DNA from: an uncultured Acidobacteriota bacterium | GTDB lineage: Bacteria; Acidobacteriota; Thermoanaerobaculia; UBA5066; Gp7-AA6 | Length of the DNA: 64,000 nucleotides | Direction: 5' to 3' | Assembly: GCA_963764715.1 (NCBI GenBank) | Contig: CAVXTP010000007.1 | Location: forward strand, 11,298 to 75,297 | Shown here: positions 56,478-64,000 of the stretch, in pieces | Position numbering within the stretch: position 1 is the stretch's first letter | Layout of the letters: each line of letters opens with the position of its first letter | Position numbers and translations under genes: made by a program | Notes under the pieces: generated by a model | Told to the model about the DNA's origin: nothing | Seen by the model: only the letters and a program-made list of their open reading frames with translations | The model's database searches: none

Positions 56478-59102
56478 TCACTCCGATCGCAGCGCCTGGA
56501 TGACGTCCACGCGCGACGCACGGACGGCGGGCAAGAGCGACGCGAGGATCGCCGCGGCCGCGAGAAGCGCAGCCGCTCCGGCGATCGGCAGCACGCCCGG
56601 CATCTGAGCGACGCCGAACAGCCGGCTCGCCAGCCAGGCCAGCGCGATCCCACCGAGACCGCCGACCAGGATTCCGGCGGAGGCGATCGCGGCGCCCTCG
56701 CGGAGAACACGGGCCCTGAGCTGGCGCGGCTCGCATCCGACCGCGAGCCGGATGCCGAACTCACGGGTCCGAGCGCCCACCGAGAACGCCAGCACGCCCG
56801 CGACGCCGACGACCGCGATGAGCAGCGCGATGCCGCCGAAGGCCGAGAACACGAACGCGTTCAACCGCTGCGGCGTCAGCACCTGGGTGCGAACGTCCTC
56901 GAGCGTCGCCGGCCGCTCGACCGCCTGGTCGGCGGAGATGTCGTGGAGGGTACGCGTCACGGCCGGGACGAGCGCGTAGGGATCGGCCGCGGCGCGGACG
57001 AACAGGCGGCTCGGCTCGCCGAACTGCCGCCACGGGACGTACACCGTCATCGTCGGCACCTGCACGACGTTCTCGTCGTCCACGTCAGCGACGACGCCGA
57101 CGATGCGGCGCGGCCCGGAACCCATGCCGGTGCGGCGGTCGAGCCACAGGTGTCGGTTGACCGCTTCGCCCCTGGGGAAGAGGCGCTGCGCCACGCTCTG
57201 GCTGACGATGGCGACGGATTCGGTGTCGGGACGGTCCTCGTCCGTGAACTCGCGGCCGGCGACGATCGGGACACCGAGCACGGCGAAGAATCGAGGCGAG
57301 ACGGGCCGGAAGATGCAGGCCGGGTTGTCCTCGCCGTTGGCGGGCTGGTATCCCTCGAACCCGAACTGGAGCTTCAGGCTCCACTGGTCGCGCCAGGGCA
57401 CGACCATCCCGGACGCGACGCCCTCCACACCCGGCAGCGCGCCGATCCGCCGCGTGGCTTCCTGGAAGAAGTTCTCGGTTGCTTCACCGCCGGCGCCGGG
57501 CGCGGGCGGCGGGACGTCGACCGCCAGGACCTGCCGCATGTCATAGCCGGTATTCGCCGTCGACATCGCATTCAACGTCGCGACCAGCATGCCGGCGCCC
57601 ACGAGCAGCACGAAGGAGCACGCGATCTGCGTCGTCGCGAAGATCTTGAGACGGCGGCTCGTGCCCGGCGTGATCCGAATCCCGCCGACAGCGGGACCCA
57701 GAGCGCTCGACCGATCGAAGGAGGGGAGCCGTGGCACGTACGCCAGCAGCACCGCCGCCACCAGCGCCAGTCCCGCCCCGAGCCAGAGCACGCTGCCGTC
57801 CACCCTGGCCTCCAGCGCGCGGACGGAGAAGCGCGCCGCATAGCGGGCCGCCACGGCCACGAGCGGCCTCGCGAGCAGCAGGCCGAGCGCGGCACCCGCG
57901 ACGCAGAGGACGAGGCTCTCCGCGAGGAGGGTGCGCCGGAGCGCGCCCCGGCTGGCGCCGAGCGCGGCGCGAACCGCGAGCTCGGATTCGCGGCGGACCG
58001 ACCGGCTCAGAATCAGGTTGGCGACGTTCGAGCATGCGATCACGAAAACGACCGCCGCCGCCGCCAGGAGCAGCAGGAGGATCGTTCGTGCGGGCGACGC
58101 CAGCTGGTCGCGGAGCGTCCTGACCTCGAGCCCGACCCGGGCGTTCGCGGAGTAGGACTCCGGGTGGGCGTGCACCATCGACGCGTGGACGGCCTCGAGC
58201 TCGGCTCGGGCCTCTTTCAGCGTCGCGCCCGGCGCGAGCCGCCCGAAGAGCTCGGTCATGCGGTGCCAGCGCTCGTTCTGCATCGTCGCCCCGAGGTGGT
58301 GCGGGCTCGTCACGACGTTCGCGATGATCTGCGTCTCGGCCGGGTAGGGCACCGACGGCTCGAGGACGCCGACGACCGTCGCGTTGCCGGGACCCAGACG
58401 GATGACCTTGCCGACGACGGCCGGATCGGAGTGGAGCACCGTCGTCCAGAACCGGTGAGTCAAAACCGCGACGGGTGCCGCCTTCGGCCCGTCGTCGCCG
58501 GAATGGATCAGCCGCCCGAGGGCCGGCCGGAGCCCCATGACCTCGAAGAACGATCCGTTGACCACGCCTGCCGTCACGACGCGAGGCTCCCCGCCGAACC
58601 CGACCAGCGTGAAGTCGACGGTGGAGAAATCGCCGAAGGCCGAGATCGACTTCACGCGCGACTCGAGATCGCCGATCTCCGGCATGGAGAAGGTGAGGTT
58701 CTCCGTCCCGACGCCCCGGGCGGTCTGGCGGATGTAGAGCAGCCGATCCGCATCCCGATTGACGAGCGGACGCAGGAGAACGCTCCGAACGACGCTGAAG
58801 ATCGCCGCATTGGCGCCGATGCCCAGCGCGAGCGTCACGACCACGGTGATGGCCAGTCCCCGGGTGCGCAGAAGAGAACGCAGGCCGATTCGCATTTCCT
58901 GGAAGAGCAACAGCATGGCGTCGGACCAGCGGCTGTACCAGACCCGATGCATCGAGTCGCGGACGGCCGCCATGGACCCGAATTCCTCGAGGGCGGCTTG
59001 CCGGGCGGATTGTGGATCCTCGCCACGCTCGATCCGTTCCCGAATGCTCAGCTCCAGGGCGCTGCGGATTTCGTCCTCGAGGTCGCGGTCGTCGGGTCGC
59101 AT
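56478..59102 (-). CDS. ADOP-type duplicated ABC permease (acidobacterial orphan permease)
   Basis: DLEDEIRS...A...FG prefix, TLALGIGANAAIFS, IACSNVANL, RTREFGIRLAVG, ALRSE. Confidence 0.93.
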   Translation of the reverse strand: MRPDDRDLEDEIRSALELSIRERIERGEDPQSARQAALEEFGSMAAVRDSMHRVWYSRWSDAMLLLFQEMRIGLRSLLRTRGLAITVVVTLALGIGANAAIFSVVRSVLLRPLVNRDADRLLYIRQTARGVGTENLTFSMPEIGDLESRVKSISAFGDFSTVDFTLVGFGGEPRVVTAGVVNGSFFEVMGLRPALGRLIHSGDDGPKAAPVAVLTHRFWTTVLHSDPAVVGKVIRLGPGNATVVGVLEPSVPYPAETQIIANVVTSPHHLGATMQNERWHRMTELFGRLAPGATLKEARAELEAVHASMVHAHPESYSANARVGLEVRTLRDQLASPARTILLLLLAAAAVVFVIACSNVANLILSRSVRRESELAVRAALGASRGALRRTLLAESLVLCVAGAALGLLLARPLVAVAARYAARFSVRALEARVDGSVLWLGAGLALVAAVLLAYVPRLPSFDRSSALGPAVGGIRITPGTSRRLKIFATTQIACSFVLLVGAGMLVATLNAMSTANTGYDMRQVLAVDVPPPAPGAGGEATENFFQEATRRIGALPGVEGVASGMVVPWRDQWSLKLQFGFEGYQPANGEDNPACIFRPVSPRFFAVLGVPIVAGREFTDEDRPDTESVAIVSQSVAQRLFPRGEAVNRHLWLDRRTGMGSGPRRIVGVVADVDDENVVQVPTMTVYVPWRQFGEPSRLFVRAAADPYALVPAVTRTLHDISADQAVERPATLEDVRTQVLTPQRLNAFVFSAFGGIALLIAVVGVAGVLAFSVGARTREFGIRLAVGCEPRQLRARVLREGAAIASAGILVGGLGGIALAWLASRLFGVAQMPGVLPIAGAAALLAAAAILASLLPAVRASRVDVIQALRSE

Positions 59103-59112
59103 GGCTACTCGG

Positions 59113-59472
59113 CTATTCCTTGGCCGCCGGTGCGGGGTTCATGATCCGGCCGATCGCGCGGACGAGCTGGGACCAGCGGTCCTGCTCGCGGATCAGTTGG
59201 GCCCTGCCGGAGGGTGTGAGACGGTAGAACTTCGCCCGCTGATTCGCCTCGCTCACTCCCCACTCGGACTTCAGCCATCCCCGCTTCACGAGCCGGTGCA
59301 GGGCAGGGTAGAGCGAGCCGGTCTCGACCCTGAGCAACTCCTCCGACTGCCGGCGGATGGCCTGGCCGATCCCGTGGCCGTGCTGAGGTCCCCACCGGAG
59401 GGTCCGCAGAATGAGCATGTCGAGGGTGCCCTGGAGGAGCTCGAGGCGCGGATCGTCGGGGGTCCTGGTCAT
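59113..59472 (-). CDS. PadR-family regulator, acidobacterial type
   Basis: LLQGTLDMLIL, HGHGI, GSLYPALHRL, AKFYRLT..G; directly upstream of ADOP. Confidence 0.95.
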   Translation of the reverse strand: MTRTPDDPRLELLQGTLDMLILRTLRWGPQHGHGIGQAIRRQSEELLRVETGSLYPALHRLVKRGWLKSEWGVSEANQRAKFYRLTPSGRAQLIREQDRWSQLVRAIGRIMNPAPAAKE

Positions 59473-59476
59473 TGTC

Positions 59477-59512
59477 GTAGACCGTCTACTACCTTGTACG
59501 TAGAACGTCTAC
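59477..59512. promoter_or_regulatory. Two tandem palindromes GTAGA-N3-TCTAC, candidate PadR operators
   Basis: GTAGACCGTCTAC 59477-59489 and GTAGAACGTCTAC 59500-59512, starting 4 nt upstream of the padR ATG. Confidence 0.7.
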
Positions 59513-59647
59513 GGCTTGTTTCAAGCGGGCGCCAGGTCGCTGCCGAAGGCAGCGCGGGCATACAGCCCTCCATCGAAGTCCCGATCCGCAAACACGGAGA
59601 ATCAGGGGTCAAGGCGGAGGAGGGATCAGCTAACCCGTTGGAAAATA

Positions 59648-59725
59648 TGGTGCGCCCGGCGCGATTCGAACGCGCGACCTTTAGCTCCGGAGGCTAACGC
59701 TCTATCCGGACTGAGCTACGGGCGC
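59648..59725 (-). tRNA. tRNA-Arg(CCG)
   Basis: GCGCCCG acceptor stem, anticodon arm TTAGC-CTCCGGA-GCTAA, GTTCGAATC, encoded CCA. Confidence 0.97.
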
Positions 59726-59747
59726 AAAGAACTGACGCGAGAAACTC

Positions 59748-59825
59748 TGGGGTGAGTGGAGGGATTCGAACCCTCGACATCCAGATCCACAATCTGGCGC
59801 TCTAACCAACTGAGCTACACCCACC
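59748..59825 (-). tRNA. tRNA-His(GTG)
   Basis: Encoded G-1, anticodon arm CCAGA-TTGTGGA-TCTGG, GTTCGAATC, CCA end. Confidence 0.97.
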
Positions 59826-59837
59826 GTCGGGTCGCGC

Positions 59838-59866
59838 AGTTTAACCTCCTGGGGAGGGGGGGTCAA
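59838..59866 (-). promoter_or_regulatory. Sigma70 promoter of the tRNA pair
   Basis: TTGACC-N17-TAAACT followed by GC-rich discriminator GCGCGACC. Confidence 0.8.
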
Positions 59867-59888
59867 ACCGGGGGCCCGCCCGCCCCTT

Positions 59889-60395
59889 TCAGGGTTTGCG
59901 CGGACCGAGGTTCTTCAGCTCGATCGTCGCCAGGCCGTAGGAGGAGCGCACGGGGTCCCCGTAGACGATGAGCCGGACGGGCCCCTCGTTCTCCGGCAGA
60001 GGGTCCATCGCAACCTCGGAGACGAGGAACACCTTCGGGTTGGCCCGATTGGCACGAAGCTCCCCGACGGAGAAGACGACGGTGTAGCCGTCGCGCGCGG
60101 TCACGACGACCACGGAGGCCGCCGACTTGCGCTCGCCCGACATCGTCTTCAGGTCGAGCCCGTTCCTCTCGAGCACCTCGAGAAGCGCCATGCCGTGATA
60201 GATCGCGACGTTGCCGTCGGTGTCCTCGAGGCGCACGTCGCGCTCGTCGCGGCCGAGGAGAGACTCGCGCGAGATCGTTCGATCGTCCGCCACCCCGGGC
60301 ATCTTCAACGTCGGCGGCGCAGGCGGGGCCGCGGCCCAGAGTTGAGCGGCGGCGAAGAACCCTGCGAGAACGCCGCGGTGGCGGGAGCTCTTCAT
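59889..60395 (-). CDS. Secreted protein, molybdopterin-oxidoreductase-like small domain
   Basis: YHGMALLEVL, VTARDGYTVVFS..E, EGPVRLIV.GD. Confidence 0.7.
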   Translation of the reverse strand: MKSSRHRGVLAGFFAAAQLWAAAPPAPPTLKMPGVADDRTISRESLLGRDERDVRLEDTDGNVAIYHGMALLEVLERNGLDLKTMSGERKSAASVVVVTARDGYTVVFSVGELRANRANPKVFLVSEVAMDPLPENEGPVRLIVYGDPVRSSYGLATIELKNLGPRKP

Positions 60396-60405
60396 GCCTT
60401 CCATT

Positions 60406-61641
60406 CTACGTGCGCTCGAGGCGGGTCATGTCCTCGTAGGTCTCGCGGCGGCGGATCGAGCGGCCGACACCGTTCTCGACGAGGACCTCGGCGGCCCGGC
60501 CCCGGAAATTGTAGTTGGATGACATCGCCGCACCGTAGGCGCCGGTGTCCCGGATCGCGAGCAGGTCTCCCTCCCTCGGCTCCGGCATCCGGGCGTCGTG
60601 CTGAAAGCAGTCCGCGCTCTCGCAGACCGGCCCGACGACGTCGGCCTGGATCTCGGGGCCCGCGCGAGAACCCACCGGCTCGATCGGATGAAGCGCTTCG
60701 TAGAGGGCCGGGCGCAGGAGGTCGTTCATCCCGGCGTCGACGATGACGAAGGTCTTCTGCCGCTCCCGCTTGACGCCGAGAACACGCGTGACGAGCACGC
60801 CCGCCGGTCCAGCGATCGAACGACCGGGCTCGATGAGGATCCGGGCGGGGAGGCCCTCGAGAGCCGGCAGAACCGCTGCCGCGTAGGCCTCCGGCGTCGG
60901 CGCGTCCGGCCCGATACCGATCCCGCCGCCGATGTCGATGGCCTCGATCGGAACCCCGGTGGCGGAAAGCTCGCGCGCGAGCGTCGCGAGCTCCCGCGCC
61001 GTCTCCGCCAGCGGCGCGGCCTGGAGAATCTGGCTCCCGATATGCGCCTGGATACCCGAGAGGCGGACGTGGGGTAACCCCCGCGCCCGCTCGAAGATCG
61101 CGCGGGCCCGGCCGATGTCGACGCCAAACTTGTTCTGCTTCAGGCCGGTCGAGATGTAGGGGTGCGACCGGGCGTCGATGTCCGGGTTGACCCGCAGGGC
61201 GACACGGGCGGTGCGGTTATGCGACCCGGCCACGGCGTCGATGCGCTCGATCTCGCGCTCGGATTCGGCGTTGAACGCGAGGATCCCGCTCTCGACGCCG
61301 AACCGCAGCTCCTCGTCCGTCTTGCCGACGCCGGAGAAGACGATCTTCGAGGCCGGAAAGCCGCTCTCGAGGCAGGCCCGGAGCTCTCCTCCCGAAACGA
61401 CGTCGGCCCCAGCGCCGAGGGAGGCGAGCCGCCGGAGGATCGCGAGGCTCGAGTTGGCCTTGGCCGCGTAGCAGACGAGGTGCGGGACGGCCGCGAAGGC
61501 CGCGTCGTATCGGCTGTACGCCTCGTCGATGCGCGCGGCGCTGTAGACGTAGAGGGGAGTGCCGTGCTCGCGCGCGAGGCCTTCGAGCGGCACCCCGTCG
61601 CACGTGAGGTCGCCGTTGCTGTCCCGCGCGAAACCGTTCAC
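60406..61641 (-). CDS. lysA: Diaminopimelate decarboxylase
   Basis: GTPLYVYS, YAAKAN, HIGSQI, EPGRSI, GPVCESAD, GAYG..MSSNYN; GTG start inferred. Confidence 0.96.
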   Translation of the reverse strand: MNGFARDSNGDLTCDGVPLEGLAREHGTPLYVYSAARIDEAYSRYDAAFAAVPHLVCYAAKANSSLAILRRLASLGAGADVVSGGELRACLESGFPASKIVFSGVGKTDEELRFGVESGILAFNAESEREIERIDAVAGSHNRTARVALRVNPDIDARSHPYISTGLKQNKFGVDIGRARAIFERARGLPHVRLSGIQAHIGSQILQAAPLAETARELATLARELSATGVPIEAIDIGGGIGIGPDAPTPEAYAAAVLPALEGLPARILIEPGRSIAGPAGVLVTRVLGVKRERQKTFVIVDAGMNDLLRPALYEALHPIEPVGSRAGPEIQADVVGPVCESADCFQHDARMPEPREGDLLAIRDTGAYGAAMSSNYNFRGRAAEVLVENGVGRSIRRRETYEDMTRLERT

Positions 61642-61684
61642 GGACGCGGACGATATCCGATTCGATGGCGTGCCCGGGGGGGCC

Positions 61685-62368
61685 TTAGGACGCGCGGTCT
61701 CCCGGGACGGCGGGCGGCTCGCCGGCGACGGCATGGAAGATCTCGGTCAGGGTCATGGGAAGGGCCTCGGCGTCCTCGACTCCGTCGATCCCCCGGAAGC
61801 GCTCGAACTGCCCGGCGTCGAAGTTCGACACGACGGCGTCGATCCCCCAGCCGCGGACCTTGACGCGCACGGCGTCGAACGCATCGAGCTCCGTGCCGAA
61901 CTCCGTCCGGGTCTCGGTGATCCGGTTGGCATAGCGAATCCGCTGGAACCGGCGCGTCAGCTCGCTCACCGGACCGTCGAGAACGAGCCGGCCGGCCCGG
62001 AGAATGCCGGCGTGGCTCGCGATTCCGTCGAGGCGGGAGGGCTCGTCCGTCGCGAGCAGGGAGGTCCGGTCCGGGCCGATCGGAGGTCGGAGCCCGGCGG
62101 GCGCATCGTCGAGGACGAGGAGCTCCGCGGCCACCCGGCCGGCGAGCCGGCGGCGCTTCTTCCAGGCGTCTTCGCCGAAGAGGAGAACGCGTCCGCCCGT
62201 CGGCTTGCGCCTGCCGAGCACGACGTCGATGAGGGACGTCTTTCCCGCGCCCGGATGCCCCAGCAGCGCGTAGGTCGACCCGAGGGCGACCGTCAGGCTC
62301 ACGCCGCGAAGGGCCGCGCGCCCGTGATGCTCGACCGTCAGGTGCTGCACCTGGATGGGTTCGTTCAT
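61685..62368 (-). CDS. Internally deleted ABC ATPase-like protein
   Basis: Walker A GHPGAGKT, Walker-B-like LLVLDD; no Q-loop or LSGGQ; ATGA overlap with MFS gene. Confidence 0.7.
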   Translation of the reverse strand: MNEPIQVQHLTVEHHGRAALRGVSLTVALGSTYALLGHPGAGKTSLIDVVLGRRKPTGGRVLLFGEDAWKKRRRLAGRVAAELLVLDDAPAGLRPPIGPDRTSLLATDEPSRLDGIASHAGILRAGRLVLDGPVSELTRRFQRIRYANRITETRTEFGTELDAFDAVRVKVRGWGIDAVVSNFDAGQFERFRGIDGVEDAEALPMTLTEIFHAVAGEPPAVPGDRAS

Positions 62369-63651
62369 CGGGCCGCGCCCGTGCTCTCCCGGAAGTCGTA
62401 GCGCCGGATCATGGGGGCCGCGGCGGCGATGGCGCCGGTGATGAGGACGGTCGCGACGCCGCCCGAGACGACCGAGACGGTGACGCCGATGACGGTCGAG
62501 GCGAAGAGCGAGGCGACGAACCCGGCCTCGAGCTCCCCGAGCTGCGGACCGCCCATGAAGAAGATCATGTTGATCGAGGTCATCCGGCCGCGCAGCCGGT
62601 CGGGCGTGATGAACTGGCGCAACGTCTGCCGGATGACCGTCGAGATCGCGTCGGCGAGGCCGACCCCGGCGAGGGCCGCGAGCGTGAGCCAGAAGCTCCG
62701 CGAAAGGCCGAACACGATCGTGGCCGCGCCGTAGGCCGCCACGGCCCACAGGAAGATGCGGCCCTGCCGCGCCGGCAGCGGCCGGACCGAGAGATAGAGC
62801 GCTCCGGCGAGAGCGCCGACCGCCGGCGAAGCGGCGAGGATGCCGTAGCCCTTCGCGCCGACGTGGAGGACCTGGTCGGCGAAGATCGGCAGGAGCGAGG
62901 TCGCGCCGGAGAAGAACGTGGCCAGGAAGTCGAGCCCCATCGTCCAGACCATGAGGGGCGTCCGGAACACGAACCGCAGCCCCTCGGCGAGGGCCGCGCG
63001 CATGTCGACTTTCCCCTCGGTGTGCTCGGGCGCGCCGGAGGTCCGCATCGTGACCAGGGCGAAGATGACGGCGATGAACGAGAGGGCGTTCAACAGGTAG
63101 ATCGTGGCGAGGCCCGCCGTCGGCGAAGACTCCGGATGGTGGGCGATGAGGATCCCGGCGAGCGCGGGGCCACCGATGAGAGCCGCCTGGAAGACCGAAA
63201 GGTTGAGCGAGAGCGCGCCGGGCAGGTCCTCGGACGGGACGAGCCGCGGGATCAGGGCCTGCCGCGACGGGCCGTCGAACGCGACGGCCGAGGCGCCGAG
63301 GGCGTTGAGCAGGTAGAGCAGCCAGAGCGTTTCACGGCCCGCGAACGTGAACGCCGCGAGACCCAGCGCCACCAGGGTCATCCCGACCTGCGTCATGACC
63401 ATGACACGGCGGCGGTCGTGCCGGTCGGCGACGACGCCTCCCCAGAGGGAGAAGACGACGATCGGCACCACGCGCGTGAGCCCCACGAACCCGAGGGCGA
63501 GCGGCGACTTCGTCAGCAGGTAGACGTGCCAGTTGATGGCGACGACCTGCATCTGCGAGCCGGTCAGCGACAGGAGCTGCGAAAAGATCAGCCGCCGGTA
63601 GTCGCGATGGGCGAGCGCCATGTACGGCGCCCTGGCGGCGGAGGAGGACAC
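62365..63651 (-). CDS. MFS transporter (EntS/DHA3-like)
   Basis: GGVVADRHDRRR motif A, about 12 TM segments, LRGR. Confidence 0.93.
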   Translation of the reverse strand: MSSSAARAPYMALAHRDYRRLIFSQLLSLTGSQMQVVAINWHVYLLTKSPLALGFVGLTRVVPIVVFSLWGGVVADRHDRRRVMVMTQVGMTLVALGLAAFTFAGRETLWLLYLLNALGASAVAFDGPSRQALIPRLVPSEDLPGALSLNLSVFQAALIGGPALAGILIAHHPESSPTAGLATIYLLNALSFIAVIFALVTMRTSGAPEHTEGKVDMRAALAEGLRFVFRTPLMVWTMGLDFLATFFSGATSLLPIFADQVLHVGAKGYGILAASPAVGALAGALYLSVRPLPARQGRIFLWAVAAYGAATIVFGLSRSFWLTLAALAGVGLADAISTVIRQTLRQFITPDRLRGRMTSINMIFFMGGPQLGELEAGFVASLFASTVIGVTVSVVSGGVATVLITGAIAAAAPMIRRYDFRESTGAAR

Positions 63652-63692
63652 GGGAGCCGGATTCTATGGCCGGGGGGCCGCGGGTCCCCGGC

Positions 63693-64000
63693 TCACGGAC
63701 CCGTGAAATTCCCCGGAAACGGCGTGCGGGCGAACTGCACCCCCTCGAAGGGGAACCGGATCTCGACCGAGCCGCGGACCGCGACGCCGTTCTTGCGCGC
63801 GGGCTCGAACCTCCACTGCTTCGCGGCGGCGATGGCGGCGTCGGTCAGATCTTTTCGGGCGGCCGTCTTCACCGTGACCTCGATCGGCTGCCCGGCCTCG
63901 GAAACGAGGACGCGCAGCACGACGACGCCACGCACGCGCTCCTTGAGCGCCTGCTCCGGATAGACGGGCATCACGCGTTCGACCGGGCGGGGCGTCGGGA
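63693..64000 (-). CDS. Protein with TonB C-terminal domain; 5' part outside the window
   Basis: PVYPEQA...GVVVLRVLVSEAG...AAKQWRFEPARKNG. Confidence 0.88.
   Translation of the reverse strand, partial: PTPRPVERVMPVYPEQALKERVRGVVVLRVLVSEAGQPIEVTVKTAARKDLTDAAIAAAKQWRFEPARKNGVAVRGSVEIRFPFEGVQFARTPFPGNFTGP

Noticed and set aside
59580-59680. attL/attR duplicate of the tRNA-Arg 3' end
   Set aside because: No second copy seen in the window and no integrase

Overview
High-GC bacterial chromosome segment. Gene content (ADOP duplicated permease with its PadR partner, Oar-like TonB-dependent receptor, TolC, TonB) points to a diderm Acidobacteriota, probably Thermoanaerobaculia-like; this is inference. 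About 45 CDS and two tRNAs (His-GTG, Arg-CCG). The window is dominated by envelope and secreted functions: a glycan cluster (three GT-C-like membrane proteins plus a CsaB-type pyruvyltransferase/coiled-coil/GT2/GT4 fusion), six secreted proteins ending in Cys-rich triple SLH repeats, metallopeptidases and amidohydrolases. Top observations: (1) a hidden iodothyronine-deiodinase-like selenoprotein (23164-23841) split in the ORF track by an in-frame UGA at the catalytic position, followed by a SECIS-like hairpin; (2) an HUH/Y1 transposase bounded by perfect 27-bp inverted repeats, with two non-autonomous mini-copies nearby; (3) a possible pyruvyl-capped glycan polymerase plus SLH surface-anchoring system in a diderm; (4) readable regulatory motifs (ECF-like bipartite promoter, tandem PadR operators, many leaderless-type -10 boxes). 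All assignments come from motif recognition by eye; no database searches were run.
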